Assembly: GCA_008690995.1 (NCBI GenBank)
Contig: VRMN01000006.1
Span: forward strand, 186,001 to 250,000
From: Porphyridium purpureum
Taxonomy: Eukaryota
Direction of reading: 5' to 3'
DNA length: 64,000 nucleotides
Shown: positions 33,553 through 41,845 of the stretch, piece by piece
How the letters are laid out: each line of letters starts with the position of its first letter
Position numbering within the stretch: position 1 is the stretch's first letter
Translations under genes and position numbers: made by a program
Notes under the pieces: model-generated
What the model was told of the DNA's origin: nothing
Database searches by the model: none
Seen by the model: only the letters and a program-made list of their open reading frames with translations

Positions 33553-34644
33553 TTACAATGCAATTTGATCCTTTCTCGGCGTTACACGCATCAGAACCGC
33601 CTTGGCTGTCACAGGCTGAGTATCTTCATTGACAAGCCCGACCATTTCAAGCTCGTCTGCGCAGACAACCGTTTGGTGCCGCAATGCCCAGCCGGGCGAC
33701 AGTGCAACGACATCACCGACAAGAATCAAGGTCGGACTCTCCAGTGCAGCGCGCTGGATGCGCTGCTCCAGCTCGTGAATGGTACAAAACACCACGCGTT
33801 GTTCTGGTGTCGTACCGCGCTCCACCGCGGCCACGGGAGTCTCTGGACTCAAGCCGTGCTCCACGAGCAGGTGCGACAGTTCTGCGGATGCACCTAGCCC
33901 CATGTAGATAACCAACGTTTCAGATGCATTCACGCTACCGCCGCGTAATCCCGCCAGTGCCTCTTCGAGCCCTTCCTTCAAGTGCCCGGTAACAAATCGG
34001 CATCCCTGCGCAATCCCGCGGTGTGTCAGTGGGATTCCCAGGTGCGCACCAATGCCCGCCGCACTGGTGATTCCCGGCACGGCTTGCACGCGAATACCGA
34101 GCGCCCTCAAGAACTCGGCCTCCTCCCCGCCGCGCCCAAATACGTACGGGTCGCCACCCTTCAGACGCACTATCACCTTGTGCTCTGGGTCGGACGCATA
34201 CATGCGGAGCAGATCGTGAATTTCCTCCTGCGTGCGTGTGTGCATACCCTTCTGCTTACCCACATACACCATGCGTGCATTTGGGTTCACAAACTCAAGA
34301 ATCTCCCTGGACACGAGCCGGTCGTACAATATCACATCTGCGTGCTGCATCAGCCGCACTGCTTTCAGCGTCAGCAACTCTGGGTCGCCCGGTCCCGTGC
34401 CCACAAGGTACACCGTTGCGCCTTGCGCAATGTCCGTTCGCTGCAGACGAGCGCGCAAACGTTCTCCCACCGAAGCGTCGTCGCTGGCACTTTTCTCACT
34501 GCCGCTGCCACGGCATACCATTCGCGCGCGGCCCGCAGCCTTGGCCGAGCGGCAAGGCCATCTCTGCTGTCTGGCGTACTGGCCCGTCGCAGGCTCACTG
34601 TGCTGCGTTGCCCTCGCAGCTACATTCACACTGGGAACAAACAT
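33553..34644 (-). CDS. UPM1: Uroporphyrinogen-III C-methyltransferase (siroheme synthesis), plastid-targeted
   Basis: VYLVGTGPGDPELLTLKA, YDRLVS, VRLKGGDPYVFGRGGEE, VPGIT, IPLTHRG and VERGTTPEQR; transit peptide MFVPS... Confidence 0.96.
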   Translation of the reverse strand: MFVPSVNVAARATQHSEPATGQYARQQRWPCRSAKAAGRARMVCRGSGSEKSASDDASVGERLRARLQRTDIAQGATVYLVGTGPGDPELLTLKAVRLMQHADVILYDRLVSREILEFVNPNARMVYVGKQKGMHTRTQEEIHDLLRMYASDPEHKVIVRLKGGDPYVFGRGGEEAEFLRALGIRVQAVPGITSAAGIGAHLGIPLTHRGIAQGCRFVTGHLKEGLEEALAGLRGGSVNASETLVIYMGLGASAELSHLLVEHGLSPETPVAAVERGTTPEQRVVFCTIHELEQRIQRAALESPTLILVGDVVALSPGWALRHQTVVCADELEMVGLVNEDTQPVTAKAVLMRVTPRKDQIAL

Positions 34645-35649
34645 GACTCTTTCGCTCCTTCCCGATACTCAACAAACCACCAAATGTCTGTCACGTCTAG
34701 CCAGCGTCCACCGGTAAAGCTGTCCCGCCCTTGTCTCCTAGAACACGTACAACCTTGTCACCGCAGCGAGCGACCCCGACAGCTTTATACCCGTATGTCG
34801 GAGTGCGACAGCACACCGCCAAGTCGCCCGGCCTCCTGCTAACGTTACTCAGGTGGGCGAACGTCTACCTCGCGCGAAGGAGGTGGCGCACGGATGAGAG
34901 CGAAAGCCCGCGCCGTCGTGCCTTGCCAGCCGTTGTCGAAATTCTCCTGCGCCGCGTCAGAAAGCCGTGTGGGGCCGCCGCACCTCTCGCGCGTACGTGT
35001 CGCGGTGTGGCGGTGTCGCGGTGTCGCGAGTTTCTTCACGGCTGCGGCGCGCGCGCAACACCACCACCGCGCGATGGCGGGTGTACAGTGCCGAACGCTG
35101 CGCCTATCAAAACGCGCTGTTTTACTAGGACGTCGCCATCGCGCGAAGTGTACTTCCACGTGTGGCGCGGTTGACCGGCTCATCGGTTCGAGCTCAACCG
35201 TTTTCTGTGTTCCATGTAAAACGTCCCGGTTTTGATAGAAAAACGCGCCACATCCCGAGATGTTCGGCCAAGTCGCGCGCTATTTCCGGTAGGAGCGGCA
35301 ACACATGGAGCGTGAAAGCGCTGCTCGTGCGGAGGTCCGTGGAGAATGGCGTCATTGTCGGTCGCGTTGCATTTGCCTCGAGGTCTGCGTCCTGGTTGCC
35401 GCGCGGGTCTCTGTGGTTCACGCAGCCTGCTGCGTCTGTGCGACACGCAGGTATAAAAGTACCCCCGCGTGGCAGCCGGAACGTAGCGAAGATTGGGAGG
35501 GACGCAAGACGTGACAGAGTGAACGGGTAGAGAGGACAGCAAAGGAACATCACGGCCGGCACGTCTAGGGTTGCGCTGTGACGTTGTTGGGGTAGCACAA
35601 GGGCGTGTGGGTTGGGCAGCACGGCAGGCGTGGACAGGTAAGGAGAAAA
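34645..35649. promoter_or_regulatory. Putative bidirectional promoter shared by UPM1 and nitrite reductase
   Basis: Divergent genes; TATAAA on the minus strand at 34784..34789 and TATAAAA on the plus strand at 35452..35458; 4x8-bp GTGT(C/G)GCG repeat at 34997..35028; central inverted repeat at 35168..35200. Confidence 0.55.
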
Positions 35650-37389
35650 ATGGCCGCATTTGTGAGTTCGGTGACGTCGTGGACCGGCGCGACGCACAGG
35701 CGGGCAGCTCGGGGCACGTGCGGGCAGCTGCGCATGACGCTGGCCGAGCCAGAGGTGGAAGTTAGCGCAGGCTCTGGCCTGGCGTACTTGTCGCCCGCTG
35801 CTAGAGAGCGCGCAACGGCCAAGAACGCCAACCCGGTTGAGAAGCTTAAGAACGCCAAGTGCGGGTCAAACATATGGACGGAAGTGTTTGAAATGTCGCG
35901 ACTGATTCGTGAGGGCAAGACGTCATGGGAGGATCTCAATCTGGATGACCGGGAGAAGCGCCTGAAGTGGGTCGGCCTCTTCCATCGCGAAAAGGCGACG
36001 CCGGGCAGATTCATGATGCGCCTGCGCGTGCCCAATGGTGAATTGACGGCGGAGCAGCTCGACTTCTTTGCCGACGTTGTCGAGAAGTACGGTGAGATCG
36101 GTGTCATTGACATCACCACCCGCCAGAACATTCAGTTGCGCGGCATCGACATGGGCGACGTGGAAGACATCTTGAACGGTCTGAAGAAGCTGGGATTGAC
36201 CAGCGTGCAGTCCGGTATGGACAACCTCCGAAACATGGTCGGGAACCCGCTGGCCGGAATCGATCCTCTCGAGCTGGTCGACACACGCCCATACATGCGC
36301 GACATCCAGGACATGGTCACGAGAGACGGCCTTGGAAATCCCGAGCTGTGCAACCTGCCGCGCAAGTTTAACATTTCGATGAACTCGACCGGCGATAACT
36401 TTGCGCACACACACATCAATGATCTGGGTCTGGACGCCATTGTGCACCCCGAGCTGGGCCTGGGTTTTAATGTGATTGTGGGCGGCATGTTCTCCGGTCA
36501 GCGCGTGGCAATGAGCGTTCCGATGGACACTTTCGTCCCAGCAGACAAGGTCGTGGCGCTGTGCAAGGCCGTGCTGGAAGTGTTCCGTGATTTTGGACCG
36601 CGCGCCACGCGCACCAAGTGCCGATTCATGTACCTGGTTGACGAATTGGGCGTCGAGAAAATCCGCGAGCTGGTCGCCCAATATATGGACTACGACGGCG
36701 AGCTACCGCGCGCAGTGCCCAAGACCGAGTCGGGCCAGCACCGCCACATCCTCGGCGTCCACCCGCAAAAACAGGAGGGTTTGAGCTGGGTTGGGATTTC
36801 TGTGCCGGTGGGCCGCATGCTGCCGGCAGACAGCCGTGCACTAGCTGACGTTGCGCGCAAGTACGGCGACGGCACGATCCGCATCACCGTAGACCAAAAC
36901 GTGATCATTCCAAACGTGCCCACCGACAAGGTCTCCGAGATGATCGCCGAGCCGATTTTCTCCTCCTTCAAAGTGACACCGGGCAAGCTGATGGGCAGTT
37001 TAGTAAGCTGCACAGGCGCCCAATTCTGTCCGTTTGGTCTTGTTGAAACTAAGAACCGCGCAAAGCATGTCGCCGAAATTCTCGAGTCGCGCTTGGATAT
37101 GCCCAAGAGTGTACGCATCCACTGGACCGGCTGCCCGAACAGCTGCGGGCAGGCACAGGTCGGCGATATTGGATTGATGGGCAGCCCAGCGCGCCTGGAT
37201 GGCAAGGCCGTGGAAGGCGTGCGGATTCTGCTCGGTGGCGAAATTGGCAGCGCGCCCGAACTTGCGACGGACTTTGAGAAGTCTGTTCCGGCCGCGGACG
37301 AGCACTTGATTCCTAAGCTGGAGGCAATTCTCATCGAAAAATTCGGCGCGTCGCTGCTGCCTGGCGTGGGTTCCTTTGTGGCTGCGTAG
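35650..37389 (+). CDS. nirA: Ferredoxin-nitrite reductase, plastid-targeted
   Basis: RLKWVGLFHR, FMMRLRVPNG, DITTRQN, SGMDNLRN, NLPRKFN, and cofactor motifs SCTGAQFC and WTGCPNSCGQ; transit peptide MAAFVSS. Confidence 0.97.
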   Translation: MAAFVSSVTSWTGATHRRAARGTCGQLRMTLAEPEVEVSAGSGLAYLSPAARERATAKNANPVEKLKNAKCGSNIWTEVFEMSRLIREGKTSWEDLNLDDREKRLKWVGLFHREKATPGRFMMRLRVPNGELTAEQLDFFADVVEKYGEIGVIDITTRQNIQLRGIDMGDVEDILNGLKKLGLTSVQSGMDNLRNMVGNPLAGIDPLELVDTRPYMRDIQDMVTRDGLGNPELCNLPRKFNISMNSTGDNFAHTHINDLGLDAIVHPELGLGFNVIVGGMFSGQRVAMSVPMDTFVPADKVVALCKAVLEVFRDFGPRATRTKCRFMYLVDELGVEKIRELVAQYMDYDGELPRAVPKTESGQHRHILGVHPQKQEGLSWVGISVPVGRMLPADSRALADVARKYGDGTIRITVDQNVIIPNVPTDKVSEMIAEPIFSSFKVTPGKLMGSLVSCTGAQFCPFGLVETKNRAKHVAEILESRLDMPKSVRIHWTGCPNSCGQAQVGDIGLMGSPARLDGKAVEGVRILLGGEIGSAPELATDFEKSVPAADEHLIPKLEAILIEKFGASLLPGVGSFVAA

Positions 37390-37887
37390 CTGCATTTCTG
37401 GATTCGGTCTTTTTGTCATGGCCATACCAACTGTGTGGTGTGTGATCATTTATTGTCATCTTTAGGCTCTCGTGATGCTGGGCTCGCCCCGAATAATATG
37501 TGAAGATGTAAATGGTGTATTTGCCTTTTTGACGTTGCTTTCAGTCCTCGTCGACAGCATCCCCCGCGCATTCGTCAGCCTCTGAGTTCTGCAGAGCACG
37601 CGCGAGCGTCTCAGATTGTAGAGTATGTACAGCGTAGCTGTACCTAGAGAATAATGCATTACAGTGCAATGAGGCATTGCTCGCGGCCCCCCATGCGGCG
37701 GCGTGACGTGCGCGCAGCGCGTGCGTGGCGGGGGAAAGGTGGGGGCGACCGAGGGGGAGAGACGGCGCGGCGTCACCTACATCATCGTCATCACTATCAT
37801 CATCTTCCGCGGCGATTGCAAAGAGAGTCTCGGCACTTACACGCACTTTGTCGCGCTCGGTGGAGTGAGGTCGGAGAGTTGGGAACG

Positions 37888-38562
37888 ATGGGGCCGCCAT
37901 TCGAAGTGGATTCAAGCGAGGATATGTTGGTCGAGGAGCAAGTGGCCAACATGCTGCTTCATCAACGGTATAACCCGGCGATCATTCCGCGGCTAGAGGA
38001 GTACGTAGACCACCAGCTCCAGAAGGAGAAGTATGACTACGACGCAAACATGGGGCTGCTTAAGCTCTACCAGTTTCATCCCGAAAAAAGTAACAGCAAG
38101 AAGATTGTGCAGATCATGGCCAAGGCCATGCTCGCGCTTCCCGCCCAGGACTTTTTGTCCGGGCTGTACTTGGTGCCGCAGCAGAGCCTTTCGCAGGAGC
38201 CCATGGCCACTTTGGTAGAGCTTGTGAGCCTGCTCGAGACGTGCATGTTTGAGCTCTTTTGGCAGCGGCTCGCCGGCATTGATTCGCTTCGCAAGACCAT
38301 TGTTGGCTTTGACGATGCAGTGCGCAGATTCATCCTGGACGTCGTTGCCAGGACATACAGCAGCATCCGCCTCGACCTCCTTGGCCAGCTGTTGAATGCG
38401 TCCACGGAAGACACCACGAGCGCGGTGCTCAAGTTTGGCTGGGCCGTTGAAGGCGATGTCGCCACCATTCCCCCGAATACCGAGAACACGGCCAAGCCCA
38501 GCAATGACCGTGGCGAGCAGCTCGGTTTCGCCGTCATCGCAAGCAGTCGATCAATCATGTAG
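37888..38562 (+). CDS. EIF3K: Translation initiation factor 3 subunit K
   Basis: RYNP..LEEYV..Q..YDYDANMGLLKLYQFHP, LLETCMF..FW and GFDDAVRRFI..VARTY. Confidence 0.92.
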   Translation: MGPPFEVDSSEDMLVEEQVANMLLHQRYNPAIIPRLEEYVDHQLQKEKYDYDANMGLLKLYQFHPEKSNSKKIVQIMAKAMLALPAQDFLSGLYLVPQQSLSQEPMATLVELVSLLETCMFELFWQRLAGIDSLRKTIVGFDDAVRRFILDVVARTYSSIRLDLLGQLLNASTEDTTSAVLKFGWAVEGDVATIPPNTENTAKPSNDRGEQLGFAVIASSRSIM

Positions 38563-38726
38563 GCACGTGGAAGAAAAAGAAAAACGAAAAACGAAAAATC
38601 AAATAAACCAGGTCCCGTGACTCGCCTCACCCATTTAATTATTCCCCGTCGCACTTTCGATTTCCAAGATCCGCGAGGTGGCGCGACGTGAGGCGAAAGG
38701 GTGACGAAGCAGACGGGTCCTCAAGC

Positions 38727-40277
38727 ATGCATGCGACTGCATGGCGCAGGCTGACCGTCGTGTACGCGCCCTTGGCGCTGGCGACGCGGCACATTGCACG
38801 GAGCGTGCTGGGGGCGCCAGTGTTTGAAGCGGGCGTCGGTGTGCTCCGGAAGGCAGAGCAAGCGGGTGCTGCGGTGTGCTCCAGCGTGCATCAGTCGCCT
38901 CTGGCAAACCTTCCCAGGCCCGTGCTCGTGCTACTTGCCCTCGCGTGTCTTGGGCTTGCTGCTGTCGTGGCCGGTTTGACGCTGGGCATGATGTCTCTCG
39001 ACGCCGTCGGGTTGGAAATTTTGAACAATGCGGCGCCATCCGAGGCGGACCAGCGCGCCGCCCAAGCAATTATTCCTGTGCGGAAAAATGGAAACCTGCT
39101 GCTGGTCACGCTGCTCCTAACGAACACCATTGCCATGGAGTTCTTACCGCTTGTACTGGAAACGCTGTTTCCCGGTGGCCTTGTGGCTCTGATTATGTCG
39201 GTTGTACTCATCATGATTTTCAGCGAGATCCTGCCGCAGGCAACATTTGCAAGGTACGCGCTGCGAATCAGTGCATTCTTTGTGCCTTTTGTGAAGATTC
39301 TGATCATGGTACTCTATCCTTTCAGCGCCCCCATCGCGTACCTGCTGGATAAGTTGCTGGGCAACGAAAAGCCAAATGTGTACAGCAAAGAAGAGCTCAA
39401 GGAACTGCTGCATGCACACACGCTCGAACGATACGGTGAATTGACTCTCGACGAGATGTCCATGCTACGAGGCACGCTCGACTTTGCGAACAAGAGTGCG
39501 AGCGACATTATGACAAAAGAGAAGGACGTCTTTATGTTGAGCGTCGACGAAGTGCTCGACCGAAAAACGATGGAGGAGATCATGGAGGCCGGTTATTCGC
39601 GCATCCCACTCTATCAGAACACGAGGGCGAATGTGGTTGCATTACTACTGACGAAGCAATTGATCATGTATGATCCGGACGAGGAGCTCGAAATTGTGAG
39701 CCTGATTCGGAAGAAAAAGAAGAACGCCAAAATTCGAGTAGCGCCCCCATTGTACGCAAGTCAGCACACGAAGCTCAGTGATCTGCTCAATGAATTCCAG
39801 CTTGGACGCAGCCACATGGCGATCGTGTATGACGACTTGAACAAGAAAATGGAGCAGCGCACATTGATGGGCGTGGTGACGCTTGAAGATATTATCGAAG
39901 AAATTCTTCAAGAAGAAATCGTCGACGAGTCGGACGCATTCTTGTCGAACGACGCGAAGATTCCCGTGCTACGACGCGACCTGAAGTCTGGCCGACTGAC
40001 ACGCGGCTTTGTTGGGCCTGCGCTTGTCACAACCAAGAAGATTAAGGGCACCTCTGCGATCGTGCTGCATGAGATTGATGTGAAGCAAATCAAGAAGAAG
40101 ATGCTTGCAAAGATGGAGTTCAGGATGTTGGAGACGGGCTCGCAAGGGATGACATCCGCCGAAAGCTCTATGGCACCGACGCCTCGAGACGCAGAGCATT
40201 TGACCATGGCGCGCCAGCGTTCGAATACATACAGCGCGATGAGCGACTGGGAACGTACGCCTTTACTCCCCAAGTAA
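38727..40277 (+). CDS. CNNM/CorB-type (DUF21 + CBS pair) metal/Mg2+ transporter
   Basis: GLTLGMMSLD, LLVTLLLTN, FSEILPQA, GYSRIPLY, FQLGRSHMAIV and GVVTLEDIIEEILQEEIVDESD. Confidence 0.93.
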   Translation: MHATAWRRLTVVYAPLALATRHIARSVLGAPVFEAGVGVLRKAEQAGAAVCSSVHQSPLANLPRPVLVLLALACLGLAAVVAGLTLGMMSLDAVGLEILNNAAPSEADQRAAQAIIPVRKNGNLLLVTLLLTNTIAMEFLPLVLETLFPGGLVALIMSVVLIMIFSEILPQATFARYALRISAFFVPFVKILIMVLYPFSAPIAYLLDKLLGNEKPNVYSKEELKELLHAHTLERYGELTLDEMSMLRGTLDFANKSASDIMTKEKDVFMLSVDEVLDRKTMEEIMEAGYSRIPLYQNTRANVVALLLTKQLIMYDPDEELEIVSLIRKKKKNAKIRVAPPLYASQHTKLSDLLNEFQLGRSHMAIVYDDLNKKMEQRTLMGVVTLEDIIEEILQEEIVDESDAFLSNDAKIPVLRRDLKSGRLTRGFVGPALVTTKKIKGTSAIVLHEIDVKQIKKKMLAKMEFRMLETGSQGMTSAESSMAPTPRDAEHLTMARQRSNTYSAMSDWERTPLLPK

Positions 40278-40351
40278 AAGTAAAAGGAAAAGTGTCAGTA
40301 CGTGGTATATACAGCTGTGCTTGTGCGTATCAACGATCCTTTCGCCCTGTG

Positions 40352-41557
40352 TCAACGAAAGATGCGCTTGAATTTCAGAAACGCAAGAATTCCGCGAAAC
40401 ATGAGCACGCAAGTGGAAACAGAAGCCAGGGAAATCGCGTAGAAAGCGTGCGGTGATTCTTCGAGCCCACTGAGCAAGTTCATCCCAAAACATGCAGCCA
40501 CTGTGCCGCCGGACGCAATGCTGACGGTGGCGATGTTGAGATAAACTTCTAGACGAAGCACGCGATTGCGCATGGCATCGAGTCGAATCTGCGTGACGTT
40601 TTCGGTAGATTTCACCGCCCGCAGAGTGGCAGAAATCTCGTTGTGCACCGAGTCGATCACCTTCATGTAGTTCTCTAGCATCATTTCTACCTCCTCGTGC
40701 TCGTCGCGCCGACGTCGGTGACCAGATTGGATGACGCTGGTCAGGTACATGGCGCTCATATCCTCGTCGCTGCTGAGCACATCGTCAATCGCGGTGCGAA
40801 TCATGGTAACTTTGTTCAAAAATTCGTTGAGCGCGTTCTCGAGCGGCAGAAGCCGATCGAGTGACGTCTGCACCGAGTCTGACCCAAAGCTAGACACACC
40901 TGTCGAGCTGAGATTATCCAGCACCGAGTCCACCGCAGGCGAAAGCGTGCTGGCATGCCGCTGCAAGCTGGCGCACACATTGATGAGCACGACTTCTAAT
41001 GCACGCAACTCAAATGGAAGCAAGCTGCTTTCCGCTTGGAGCCGCGCTTGGAGTTCAGGAATGAACGCCTGAACTGAAGGATGCATGGGCTCAAACAAAA
41101 GCAAGCGATCAGCCTGGAGAATCGCGCGAATGTGCTCCAGATTCACTATGATTGCCTTTGAGCGGACGAGCACCGCGGGAGATTCTTGCCGGAACGACGG
41201 ATCTACGTTCCGAATATCACGCAGATTGAGCCCTGTTGTGGCGGCGAGATCTGCCTTTGTCAGATTCCTCAATGTACCCCTTTCGCCAGCATTCGTCCGC
41301 ACCTTCACGGCGCTGCCACTACCACTACTACCACTCGCATTTGTTCCATTCCCAGCCGTACTCACACTCTCAGCGTCTCGTCTCACGTTTCCGCCTCCCG
41401 GCGCCAAAAACTCCAATGCCTCGAGCGAGGTGGAGCGACTCGCAGACGTCCAATCCTGGTAGCGCCTGAGCGCGCCGCGACCCACGCCGCCTGCAGCGAC
41501 GCGATGCCATGATCCCCGAAACCTGACCGCAGCCCAGTGCCACATCCACGGGCGCAT
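40352..41557 (-). CDS. MRS2: MRS2/CorA-family Mg2+ transporter, probably organellar
   Basis: GLNLRDIRNVDP, IIVNLEHIRAI, LPFELRALE, EEVEMMLENY, LDAMRN and the GMN motif (CFGMNL). Start placed at the Arg-rich MRPWM presequence. Confidence 0.92.
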   Translation of the reverse strand: MRPWMWHWAAVRFRGSWHRVAAGGVGRGALRRYQDWTSASRSTSLEALEFLAPGGGNVRRDAESVSTAGNGTNASGSSGSGSAVKVRTNAGERGTLRNLTKADLAATTGLNLRDIRNVDPSFRQESPAVLVRSKAIIVNLEHIRAILQADRLLLFEPMHPSVQAFIPELQARLQAESSLLPFELRALEVVLINVCASLQRHASTLSPAVDSVLDNLSSTGVSSFGSDSVQTSLDRLLPLENALNEFLNKVTMIRTAIDDVLSSDEDMSAMYLTSVIQSGHRRRRDEHEEVEMMLENYMKVIDSVHNEISATLRAVKSTENVTQIRLDAMRNRVLRLEVYLNIATVSIASGGTVAACFGMNLLSGLEESPHAFYAISLASVSTCVLMFRGILAFLKFKRIFR

Positions 41558-41845
41558 TCCTGTCCACTCTCCACCGCATGTGCCCACCCAATGCGGCCCA
41601 ACTCCAACCCGCACACTCGATCGACGTACGCCAGCTCGCGCCCTTGTCCCACGCACGCACGAGCCAACAAAACACAGAAACTGGATTCGAAGGCCGTTGT
41701 ACAGTGTGAGGTACAGCCTCTTCTGATGAAACGAGGGCGTTTTACTATGTTCAATAAGCGACCTTCGCGCGGGATGCGGGGAAAGCGAACAGGAAGAAGA
41801 AGAGGAAGAAGAAGGAGGACGAAGGTGGGTGGGTGTGTGTGTTGG

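Noticed and set aside
35168..35200. GGTTCGA as a tRNA T-loop
   Set aside because: No cloverleaf, D-arm or acceptor stem can be built around it. No tRNA or rRNA gene was recognised in the window.
1337..37389. SiR-like gene, chlD, UPM1 and NiR as a single tetrapyrrole super-cluster
   Set aside because: They are spread over 36 kb with many unrelated housekeeping genes in between. Only the UPM1/NiR adjacency is supportable.
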